A stretch of 64,000 nucleotides of DNA from the human T2T-CHM13v2.0 reference genome, Homo sapiens: the NCBI RefSeq assembly GCF_009914755.1, contig NC_060934.1; one strand, written 5' to 3'. The notes under the pieces are model-generated. The model worked only from the letters and a program-made list of their open reading frames with translations, was not told the DNA's origin and did no database searches. Numbering within the stretch: the stretch's first letter is position 1; each line of letters begins with the position of its first letter. The position numbers and the translations under genes were made by a program. This document shows, piece by piece, positions 14,361 through 25,200 of the stretch.

Positions 14361-14524
14361 CACCCATTAACAGCATGGGGTTCCCACCTTCCAGTCTGAT
14401 TCTGGCCAACCTCCATTCACCCGCAGCCCCCAGCACAACGCGGGCAGATGTCACGGCCGAGCAGGGGCCAAGCCGATCCCTCAGGACATTTAATCCAGCC
14501 TTCCCCAGTCCTCGCCACCATCTC

Positions 14525-14686
14525 TGCACACACGTGCCACACATGTGCACACAAGCACATGCATACATACCTGCACATACATGCACACACGTGTGCTTGT
14601 GTGCACTGTGTGTACACATATATACATACATGTATACATGTATGTGTGCACACCTGTATACACATATACATAGGCATGCAAACACA
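14525..14686. repeat. Alternating purine-pyrimidine (CA/TA/TG) low-complexity tract with inverted repeats
   Basis: Direct reading; 22-bp palindrome at 14624-14645. Confidence 0.9.
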
Positions 14687-16016
14687 GCTCCTCTCCTTAT
14701 CTCTCTTCCTCAATTGGGGGCATAATCAGGGTGAGGGCTGATAGTGGGACCTGGCCAGGGAATTTTTTTTTAACCAACTGCACTTCCTACCAATATCCAC
14801 CAAAAGATGACAACTATGCAGAAACCCTTAGCAAGGTCAGTAATCCTGTCATAGCCCCAAGTTGGTGGGACAGTGGCACAGAGGAGCAGCCCTTCAAGGG
14901 GGCAGAGTTGCGGGGCCTGCTGTGTGTGCAAGTCCTGGACACAGATTCAGCAGAGCCAAGGCCTCCCTAATTCCCCTCAGAGGCCCCAGGCAGGTGCCAG
15001 AACAGGAACTATTGTCTGGTAAGAGACACGTGGATCTGATGCTCCCGCCCTAATTTCTCTAACTATTACAGATTAAATCGGGGATAATGTCTCTGATCTA
15101 GAAATCGGATTCGATGCAGCTTAAAGCCTGCTCAGACACCGCACCATTATGCTAAGCAGCGCGCCTGCAAGGAGGCTGCCACCCCCTCGTTAATCATCCC
15201 TGGCAGCAGGAGCACAGCCAGTCAGCCCCACCTCTGGCTCCAGCGGCGAACACAAGAGGCAGCGAGGCCTGGGCCCCTTTACCCTCTCGTGGATGGACAG
15301 ACAGAGGGCAGCCATGGCCCCCTCCCTAATGCCACATGCCCAAAGAAATAGCCAAAGTGAGAGGTTTCCTTTCAAGACACCATTTCTGAGAGCCTAAGCT
15401 GAGCTAGTCCTCGAATATCCTCAGAGATGTAAATTATGTGGGTTGAGCTAATGAGCTATATACGTATCTTTCATCCCCTAATTAACTGTGGTTTAATGAA
15501 TTTCTCAGTGCATTGCTGCCAGAATAGCCTTGCAGCCCAAAAGATTTTTTCCCCTCCATTGCAGGTAAATATTTAAACACCCCAAATTAAAAGGAGCACC
15601 AGGGCCCAAAATTGGAGGCTTGATGCTACCCAGGGTAATTAGACCCCTGTCGCACTGATTCCATGTTTTCATTTTTTCCTTTCTCCTCCTGAGGCGATGG
15701 CGGGGGACCTTAGGCACTAAGAACCTGGCCTGGTACAGAGCCTGGGGCTCCCTGTAGACCAACTGGCCTGTGTCCAGCTCCCAATGCCTGGAAACTCCTC
15801 TCCTGGGCTCTGGGGGAGTGGATTAAGCCAGGGGAGGGAAGAGGGGACACTACCCGCCTGCTTCTCCCAGAGTTGGCACAGAAACCCCTTACGGCAAGTG
15901 GGCCAGTGGCCTGGGGAAGTTAGGAAACTGCCCATGCTGGGGCTCATGTCCCAGCACCTACCCCTCAGACAGTCACCCATTCCTATGGCCTGTCACCATC
16001 ATCACTGCAGCTCCTA

Positions 16017-16181
16017 CTACCATTCGCTTTACTCCATTCCTCTTCTACCATTCGCTTTACTCCATTCCTCCTCTACCATTCGCTTTACTCCATTCCTCCT
16101 CTACCATTTGCTTTACTCCATTCCTCCTCTACCATTCGCTTTACTCCATTCCTCCTCTACTATTCGCTTTACTCCATTCCT
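16017..16181. repeat. 28-bp minisatellite, ~5.9 copies (ctaccattcgctttactccattcctcct)
   Basis: Unit starts at 16017, 16045, 16073, 16101, 16129, 16157; near-identical copies. Confidence 0.97.
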
Positions 16182-17544
16182 TGGTGGCCTCTGCAAAACA
16201 GAGAAGGCCCCACCCAAAGGAACTGCCTGTGACAGTGCTGTCCCCAAGTGGTGAATGGGCATCTCAGGTGGTCCTTGAAGCCACATGAGTGAGCAGCCAC
16301 CACTCACCTGCCCCAAAGCTGTCCCTGCCCCACTTTCCCATGAGAAGTTTGGGCAGAAAGGAAGCCCCCGCTTCCCGCCAGCCACAGCTGGCCGGCCTTG
16401 GGCACTCACAAAGCCACAGGCCAGAGGTCAGCAGAAGAAGAAGGCTGGGGCAGCACAGGAAGCCAGGGAAGGCAGGAAGAAGGAACCCTCATGGTCCCCA
16501 TTCCAGCTGCAGCAGCCAGCCTCCCTGAGGCAGATGTCAAGAGTGTGCACGCATACTCCCAAACCCACCATGATCCATACAAAAGGGAGAGGTGAACCAA
16601 AAGCTGGGGCAGGCACCCATGTGCCTGGGGGCCAAGACGACCCAGGGTCAGGGAAAAACACAAGGGTCCTTCCCAGCTCTGCTCTCCCAGGGAGCCACGA
16701 GGCTGAAAGGTCAGTGCCACCAGAATCTGGGAACCAGGGCCTGTGCTGCTCCAGAACCTCTCTGGCCTTGACTTAGAGCCAGCCTGGAGGGCAAAGGATG
16801 CTCTCCCCTCAACTGCACTCACCGGCCCTGCCACTCCCTGACCCCACTAACCACAGCCAGGCAGGTAAAGCCACAGGGCCTTGTGAAGCCACGGCCCACC
16901 TGGGCTCCCTGAGGGCCCTGTGTGGACACTTCTTGCTCTCCCGTGGCCTCTCTCTGAGGACAGCCTGGCCTGTCTGCTATCTGAGAGGAGCCCAGCCCTG
17001 GCCACCAACAGAAGGAACAAGCAAGGGAGCTCCTGACAGTGACTCCAGCTGGGTCTCAGCCACCACAACCCGGCCGCACCTGGGCCAGCTCACAGGGAAG
17101 AGGAGGAGCCTGAGAATCTGCCCATCCACATGGGGACCACTGAGCCATCTCCCCGTGCTGGCATTCCCTACCATTAACCCGGGCCTCCTCAAAGCCCCTG
17201 CCTCCTTTTCCAGGTCCCTCCATCCACCCTCCACCGCCCAGAACCCTGTCCCACCCCCACGTACCTTGCACAAGAACCCCCTCTTGTCTTCCTGACAACC
17301 CTGCCACCCACAGGGAATGGCACAGCCTGAAAGCTTATTCTAGGCCTGGTGTTCTCACAGCAGCCACCTCTCCAAAGCCAACCCCCTACACAGGGCCTCC
17401 CCCAGCCAGTGCTGGCTCCTACATGCCCCTCCCCACTCAATTTCAGTAACAATCACTGTGATGAGTGTACTGATTTGTTCAGAGCCCTTGGACAGCTCAC
17501 CAAGCTCTGTGGCATCCTTGGATCACTAAATATGGCCCCATAAG

Positions 17545-17690
17545 AATGACTGATGTCTCCTCTGCACATTGCTTATCCAATTAGAAATGAGCCTCATCTC
17601 TTTTTGGGTCCATGCTGCCTGACACCGTGCCTGGAACACCACAGGTGTCAGTAAATACATGTTGGCTCAATGACTGGATAGACTGATGGT
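17545..17690 (+). mobile_element. L2 3' end
   Basis: gcctgacaccgtgcctggaacaccacaggtgtcagtaaatacatgttggctcaatg. Confidence 0.65.
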
Positions 17691-17694
17691 CAGA

Positions 17695-18085
17695 AGGACA
17701 GATGGACAAGTGGGCAAGGGGGTAGGTGGATGGATGGATGAGTGGATGATGGATGGATGGATGGATGGATATATGAGTGGATGGGTGGGTAGATGAATAG
17801 ATGGGTAAGTAGATGGAAGGACAGAGGGATGGACGGATGGATAGATGGATGGATGGATAGATGGATAGACGGATGGATGGATGGATATATGAGTGGATGG
17901 GTGGGTAGATGAATAGATGGGTGGGTAGATGGAAAGACAGAGGGATGGACAGATGGATGGATGGATGGATGATGGATGAATGGATGGATGGACAGATGAG
18001 TAGATGAATGAATGGATGGTTGGCTGGGTGGGTAGAAAGAGTATAAAAGGATTGACAGATAGATGGATGAATGGATGGATAGATA
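17695..18085. repeat. (GGAT)n/(AGAT)n/(GGGT)n compound microsatellite
   Basis: Direct reading. Confidence 0.95.
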
Positions 18086-19146
18086 AATTCTCAAACTAGT
18101 CACCAAAAAAGAGAGCAAACCAGCCCCATAACGGTGAAAGTTTGGCTAAGCAGTCTCCAAGGGCAGAAGGCTAGAAGGAAAGGCTCTGGGTCTTCCAGTA
18201 AGGGGCCATGACTACCCCTAAAAGTTTTTTCAAAGTTGGGAAACTAAGATGAGAGAGGTGGGAGCTAGAGTCTGGGATTGAGAGGGGGAAGTGCCAAGGA
18301 ATGTGGGAACAAGCACACTAGACAGAGCAGAGACTGGCACCGGCTGGGCCCCTGAGACCCCAGGGAGCACCCAGCCATGAACTAGAGAGGGGATGGCCCA
18401 GCACTCCTCCTTCAAGGAGGCCTGGCATAGGCACAGAGCCCAGGCAGAGTCTGAAGGGACCAACTTGAGCCCAAGACCAAGCCCTCTGAACACCAAACAT
18501 GTGTTGGTAGTTGTCTCCAGATCCACCAAGCAGGCCCAGAATGTGGTTATGACCACCCTGACAACCAGATCCCCCCACAACCTCCACAGAGATGGGGGAT
18601 CAACAAGAGCTGCCCCCAAGGGGCCCAATAGAGGGAGCTGCCCACCCCTCAAACTGCCTCCCACTTCCCCCAGAATGTTCAGAATCACTGCTTGCTTATT
18701 AAATTCCTTCCCAATAAACCAAAGCCACTTCCACAAAGTAGGCAGACGGTGCAGACACAGTGGCTTCAGATGGCAAAGGCACCATCTAATGAGGCAGCTC
18801 CTGCCAGCGGGAGTCACCTTCACCCACCTTCACCCCCGCAGCAGGCTGGGGCTGCCTGAGCACTGAGGCCCCACGCACAGCACCACCCACTGCCATGCTG
18901 GGCCCCACCTCAGCAGGTGGTCATATTCAGACAGATCTACAGAACCAAATTGGGAGAGGGAGGGCGGAGGGATTGCAACCTGGAGTGGTTAAAACAATAA
19001 TATATTATCAATCAACAAAAAATAACTATGAGCTTCAGAATCAGCAGACTTGAAAGTTTTCTTTCTGCACTGGTCGTACAAAACCTTGGATAAATCCCAA
19101 TCTCTCTAGACCTCTGCTCCCTGTCTGCAAATCGGGCATGACAATT

Positions 19147-19426
19147 CTTTTTTTTTTTTTTTGAGACAAGGTCTCACTCTGTTGCCCTGGCTGCAGCGGC
19201 ACAATCTCAACTCACTGCAACCTCCACCACCTGGGCTCAAGCGATCCTCCTACTTCAGCCTCCTGAGTAGCTGGGACTACAAACATGCACCACCACACCC
19301 AGCTAATTTTTGTATTTTTTGTAGACATGGAGTCTCACTATGTTGCTCAGGGTGGTCTTGAACTCCTGGGCTCCAGTGATCCACCTGCCTTGGCCTCCCA
19401 AAGTGTTAGGAATACAGTGCCCAGCC
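19147..19426 (-). mobile_element. AluJ (Jb-like) inserted in a MIR (~19030-19510)
   Basis: Poly(T) then Alu body with ctgggctcaagcgatcctcc; 16-bp TSD gggcatgac[a/g]attctt at 19134-19149 and 19428-19443. Confidence 0.93.
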
Positions 19427-20204
19427 TGGGCATGACGATTCTTACCTCTCAGTTGCTATCAAGATTGAAGGAGCTGAAAAAGCAAATCAGCTCACAACAC
19501 TTGAGCCGTGCAGGACCTAGGAAACAGGGCCACCCCCACCCTCAGTTTCCCAGGGAGAAGGAGCCAGCCTGTCTGATAGCTGCCTCCCTCACTGAAGGAG
19601 CCAAGACTGCCAGGGGGCCGAGATCAGCACTTAACTTTGGTGCAGGGCAGTCCACAAGGGCTCCCAGAAAACCCTCCTGTTCCCAAATACCTTCCCCTTC
19701 TGACAGCCATGATGCCTGGAAAGCCACGATTAGGTGGGGAGAGGGTCCCATACTGAGATCTCCCTATTTCTTAGAGGATGGGGGATCCCAGGATGCCCCT
19801 CCCTTGGCAGCAGGACCTATGTCCTGGGGTTAGACCTGGGAGATCAGAGAGGGCTTGGCATTTGGCCACCCACAGGCTAGTGAGTCCCAAGGTCACCATC
19901 AGTCCTACCTTCAAGGACTTCTCTGGAGTTAAGTCACAGTCTCCTCTGGATCCATCCTTGGACCCTCATATCCCACAACTCATCCTCTCCAGTCTCTGAC
20001 ATCAGACAAATCTACTTGAACACAGACCTGATTGTGCCCCTAGCTTGGCCCTCAGACCAGCCGCACAACAGTTGGCATCCCCTTTGAGGGTCTTGACTAC
20101 CACCCAAGCTCCTCTCCTACCACACTCCACCTCCATTTGTCTTCCACACACCCCGACTCACCTCCATTTCTACCCCCCCACACCCTCCCCCACAACAGGA
20201 AGAT

Positions 20205-20443
20205 AGCTGTTTCAGGCCTCTATGCCTTTGCCCAGGCAGTCCCTTCTTCCTGAAACTCCTCTCCCTCAACCATCACTTTGCTAATGCTCAGATGGCCTTC
20301 CTTGAGAAAGCCTCCAATCACCACCTCCATCACTGGGCCTCCAGGTCCTCTAATATATGTGTTCTTCTATGTCTATCTCCCCACAATAGAACCTTCCAAT
20401 CCCCAGTTCCTGGTACAGTAACTCCTCATCAATGTTTGATAAA
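20205..20443 (+). mobile_element. L2 3' fragment
   Basis: caggcctctatgcctttgcccaggcagtcccttcttcctgaaac...cctggtacagtaactcctcatcaatgtttg. Confidence 0.6.
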
Positions 20444-20685
20444 TGGATGGATGGTGGAAGGATGAATGGATGGATGGTGGGTAGATGAATGGGTGGGTAG
20501 ATGGATGGATAGGTGAGTAGGTGAATGGGGGGTGGGTGGATAGATGGATGGATGCATGGATGGATGGGTGGGTGGAAGGATGGATGAATGGGTGGGTAGT
20601 TGGATGGGTGAATGGATGGATGTGTGGGTAGCTGGGTGGGTGGATAGATGGATGGGTGAGTAGGTGGATGGATGCATGCATGTAT
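20444..20685. repeat. (GGAT)n/(GGGT)n microsatellite
   Basis: Direct reading. Confidence 0.95.
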
Positions 20686-21120
20686 GAGTCAACAGGAAGG
20701 TCACATAAAGAAGAGGCAAAGGCAAAAGTCAGTGGGGACATTGCTTCCAGTGGCCAAAATCTCCTCCATGCAGTCTCCTCCAGACTGGGAATAGGGCAGG
20801 TTTCCCTCTGTTCCAGGCATTCAAGGTGGCCCTAAGCAAAGGCAGAGGGTTGGCTGAGGTACCTCTCCAGCTTCCCCTCAACATTAAGTTTTCCCCTCCT
20901 GCTGCCTTTGAGCAGCCCCTCCGTTTCTACAGTTACCATCCCCATGCACAGGTCTTCTTGGAAGAAGAGCCATTCAGGACAGTTTCAGCATTGCAGTGTA
21001 TTCATCAGCCAAGAGAAATGGTCTCAGTAAGCAGCAGGCAGCTTGTGTGAGTGTGCTGTGTTTTGGCTCCCAGTGGGGCACTCAGCAGGCTAATCTAAGG
21101 AATGCTTAAAAATTGCATGT

Positions 21121-21930
21121 GTACTGGGGGGCAGCCCCCGCCCGGCCAGCTGCCCAGTCTGGGAGGTGGGGGGCAGCCCCCGCCTGGCCAGCTGCCCTGT
21201 CTGGGAGGTGGGGGGCAGCCCCCGCCTGGCCAGCCGCCCAGTCCGGGAGGTGGGGGACAGCCCCCGCCCAGCCGCCGCCCCGTCTGGGAGGTGGGGGGCG
21301 CCTCTGCCCAGCCACCCGGTCTGGGAAGTGGGGAGCCCCTCTGCCCGGCCGCCACCCCGTCTGGGAGGTGGGGGGCCCCTCTGCCCGGCCACCACCCTGT
21401 CTGGGAGGTGTACCCAACAGCTCATTGAGAACGGGCCATGATGACAAAGGAGGTTTTGTCGAATAGAAAAGGGGGAAATGTGGGGAAAGGAAGGAGAGAT
21501 CAGATTGTTATTGTGTCTGTGTAGAAAGAAGTAGACATAGGAGACTCCATTTTGTTCTGTACTAGGAAAAATTCTTCTGCCTTGGGATGCTGTTAATCTA
21601 TAACCTTACCCCCAACCCCGTGCTCTCTGAAACATGTGCTGTGTCCACTAAGGGTTAAATGGATTAAGGGCGGTGCAAGTTGTGCTTTGTTAAACAGATG
21701 CTTGAAAGCAGCATACTCGTTAAGAGTCATCACCACTCCCTAATCTCAACTACCCAGGGACACAATCACTGCGGAAGGAAGGCGGCAGGGCCCTCTGCCT
21801 AGGAAAACCAGAGACCTTTCTTCACATGTTTATCTTCTGACCTTCCCTCCACTATTGTCCTATGACCCTGCCAAATCCCCCTCTCCGAGAAACACCCAAG
21901 AATGATCAATAAATACTAAAAAAAAAAAAA
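21121..21930 (+). mobile_element. 5'-truncated SVA retrotransposon (older, SVA_B-like): partial VNTR, SINE-R and poly(A)
   Basis: VNTR units (ctgggaggtggggggcagcccccgcc); SINE-R (acccaacagctcattgagaacgggccatg...aagaatgatcaataaa); TSD aaaaattgcatgt at 21108-21120 and 21926-21938 at a TT/AAAA site. Confidence 0.97.
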
Positions 21931-22544
21931 TTGCATGTATTTTTATATGCAATATGACATATTTATGCCAAATTACTGACAGCATTGGGGCCATGGCTGG
22001 TCCTCATACCCGAGGCTCAGTTCCCTCATGTCTGCGGGAGCTGGTCCCTCAAGCCTTGCAGGGCTACTACCTCAGCTTTTCCTGGAAAACCCTAGATTTA
22101 CAGCCCTCTGCTTGCCTCCCTAGAACATCAGGCCCCTGACAGGAGTGGCCTGGGGATCTGGGATCAGGGCTGGGCACTGACCCAGGAAGGGAAGCTCAGA
22201 AGCTCCTCCTCCAAAGTTGTCACACTTCAGAATCTGCCAATCACTGCTGACAAGTGTCAGAGCCAGGACCAGGCATCAGCCAGATTGAAACAGGCCTTCA
22301 CCAGGGGTCAGGAAGCACAGATACCTAGCACCTGTATGGCCTGACATTCATATCTAAAAACACTTTTGATGACCCTGAGCAGCTCAGGGCTGGGCTGTCT
22401 TAGAGTGCTCTGTGAGCACAAACCTCCCACAGGAATATCCTGTGAGCACAAACCTCCCCCATGGGATAGGCACTCTCATTGCCTAAAGGAGTCATCTGCA
22501 GCAAGACCAGCAGTGGCACCTGCATCTTGGGCTATGGTTAGATG

Positions 22545-22700
22545 TCATCCTCACTATCACTTGCAGAGGTTGGTATGGGTGTCCCCGTTCCATACATGAG
22601 GAAACTGAGGCTCTGACCTTACCTGGAGTTGCTCCACTACTAAGTAGCAGAGCCAGATACAGAGCCCAGGTCCAGCTGACCCACGGCCCTAGGGTGCTCT
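22545..22700 (-). mobile_element. MIR SINE
   Basis: catacatgaggaaactgaggctctgacctta...agtagcagagccagatacagagcccagg. Confidence 0.65.
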
Positions 22701-24329
22701 CCTCTCTGCCTTGGACCTGTGAAGCAGTACTGGATTCTAAGGGAGGCAGGGCAATGCCAGTCCTCACTCCAGCAGAGACCGGGATGTGGCCCAAGAAGAG
22801 CGTTAATATCACGCCCAGCCTGCAGTGTCTTCCTTCAGCCTCGGGCTGTCCAACTCAGTCACATCCATCCAGGCCTGGTCCAACATCACCTTCGTTGTGG
22901 GCCTCCTGGGACTCCCCAGGCAGTTCATGTGCCTCCTGCTCTGTGCTTCCTCCACTGCAGCAAGCCTAGTACATCCCTCCATTAGAATACTCATCACACT
23001 GCACTGTAAGGATTACTTAAGGGTCTGTGTGAATGGATCCACAAAGTGCATGAATAAACAGATGAATAAATAAATACGTGGTTTAACACCATCTCTACTT
23101 TGGTGTGCAAATTCTGTATGTCTCCAGGAATGGAGAAGAAACTCATCTTCCCCCTAACAAGCTACAGTCAATGACTTCCATTTTTCTACACCAAAGACAC
23201 TCAGCATCTGTCACCTTTGTTGGTAGCCAAGTGACACCATCTGATGCCTACTGTGGTCGAGTGGTGGAAGGATGTATTTACATAGTTTGTGCTCCCTGAG
23301 ATAACATTACCGTCTCTGGGGGCCTCCGGCTGAGTGTGAGATATTGGTGCACAGCCTGAATTACCTCCACAGTGATTTCATGCTGAATTTGCTGAGTCTC
23401 CAAGCAAAGTCATAAATGTAAAGGAGGAGTGTTTCTCTGGGCCTTTGCCACATCTTTCATCCAGAAAATAAGTGGTGATAATATTTGTAATATGTTTACT
23501 GACAGAACCAGGGGCTCTGGGCAGATAACTCTTTTATGACACAAAGTACTTAACTAAGATGGAAAATGGCATTACTCATGTTAAATTTAAAATGAGCATT
23601 TTGTCCCAGATTGCTAGAAACCCAGTAAATGTCATTAGCTCTCTGAGGTTACAATGAAATCCGAAAAGGGTTACTTTTTGGTAATTACATTTACTGTAGC
23701 TATAGAAACCAGGGACATCAGACACAGCCAGGCTGACAGCTCTGTCTTTTCCCCTAAGATCAGCTCATCTGCATGTGGCCATCTCCAAAAGCCGGGTTCC
23801 ACATCCTGCATCTCTGCATCGGAGGCCTGCTCTTGGGAGAACTGTTTTCCCCACAGGCACCAGGCTGGAGCCCCAGGACACAGGCTGCTGTGATTCTTCA
23901 TTGGAAACTGATGATAAAAGACAGAGATAAGAACGCTCTTCCTGTGGCTTCTGCATTGAAATGTGCCTCCTGAATGTGTGCAGGGAGTGAGGCTTCCTGG
24001 GGCCATCGTTCTGTGGCAGATGCATTACTGAAGGCCAGCATGAAATTGTGCAAAGCACTTCCTCAGCACAGAGCTGTACATTGCCGCTCCCCAGCCCATC
24101 CGAACACTCCTCCCTCCCAGGCCCAGAGACACACCCACCCAGCCAGGCCCTGAAGCTCCACCCGCCTTCTTGGACTATACTGCAGCATGGGAGGACAAGA
24201 AGGCCAGGCCCCGAGGGCATCAGGAAAGGGGATCAGGACAGACACACGAGGGAACTTGGGAGCTGGAGCCACCTTCAGCCTCAGTGGGAAATAGGCCAAT
24301 GTCCGTGTTAGCCAGCTAGAAGGGCCAGC

Positions 24330-24825
24330 CCCTTCCCTCTCCACCTGTAACCACCTTCCCTCACGATCCATGACACAGCAACAACTCCCTCACCATCTGT
24401 GACACTTGACACCGACCCTCACATCTATGACAAAGCCATACCTTCCCTCACCTCAGGTATGTGACTGCCAGCTACTTCCCCTCCATCTGGGACAGGCAGC
24501 ACCTGCCCTCACCACCTGTACAGAAAGCCAACAGCTTTCCTTACCACCCACCAACACTAACACCTTGATTTGTCACCTGTCACCGCCACCCCCTTCCCTT
24601 GCCACCCAGACCTACAGCCAACAGCTTTCCTCATTACTGATACCAGGCAACACCCTCCTACACCACCTATGTGCATGACAGCAAACACCTTTCCTTAGCA
24701 CAGGATAGCAACCAACACTTTCCCTCAGCACCTGTGACAGTCAGCCTCCTCCCTCACAACCCCATGAGACAACCAACACCTGTCCTCACCACCTGTGAGT
24801 GCTGACACCTGCCCTCACCAACTGA
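24330..24825. repeat. Highly degenerate C/A-rich tandem repeat (~30-35 bp; aacacc[t]tccctcaccacctgtgac-like)
   Basis: Recurring ccttccctc/ccctcaccacctg/ccaacac motifs at roughly regular spacing. Confidence 0.65.
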
Positions 24826-24891
24826 GGGAGCTAATGCCTGCCCTTGCCTTCTGGAGGTAACCAGAATTTCCCACATCATCTTCATCTAGGC

Positions 24892-25077
24892 CAGAGGTTC
24901 TCAAAGTGGGGTCCCCAGACCAGCAGCACCAGCATCTCCTGGGAACTTGTTAGATTTCAATTTCTTACAAATTCTCAGACAAACATAGCAAATCAGAAAC
25001 TTTTGAGATGGGGCTCTGTAATTGTGTCTTTTGACAAGATCCAGGTGACGGATGCACATAAAATTTGAGAACTACCG
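24892..25077 (+). mobile_element. MER5A hAT-Charlie MITE
   Basis: TIRs cagaggttctcaaa...tttgagaactaccg; internal ccagcagcaccagcatctcctgggaacttgttaga. Confidence 0.9.
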
Positions 25078-25200
25078 TAGCTGCTCCTTAGAATCACCTG
25101 GGTAGCTTTCAAAACCCTTGATACTCACGTTGCAGCCCCATAGTGTGGGAGCCTGGAGTCAGTGTTCACACACTCCTGGATGATTCATGCAGCTGGGGCC
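25078..25200. mobile_element. MER5-family fragment abutting MER5A
   Basis: ttagaatcacctgggtagctttcaaaa...ctcctggatgattcatgcagc. Confidence 0.55.

Noticed and set aside
16017-16181. 28-bp repeats as a CRISPR array
   Set aside because: Head-to-tail units with no unique spacers, no cas genes, and primate context.
21090-21466. Gly/Pro-rich repetitive ORFs in six frames
   Set aside because: Translations of the SVA VNTR.
24724-24744. REST/RE1-like tcagcacctgtgacagtcagc
   Set aside because: The right half lacks GGACAG and the terminal CC; it lies within a degenerate repeat.
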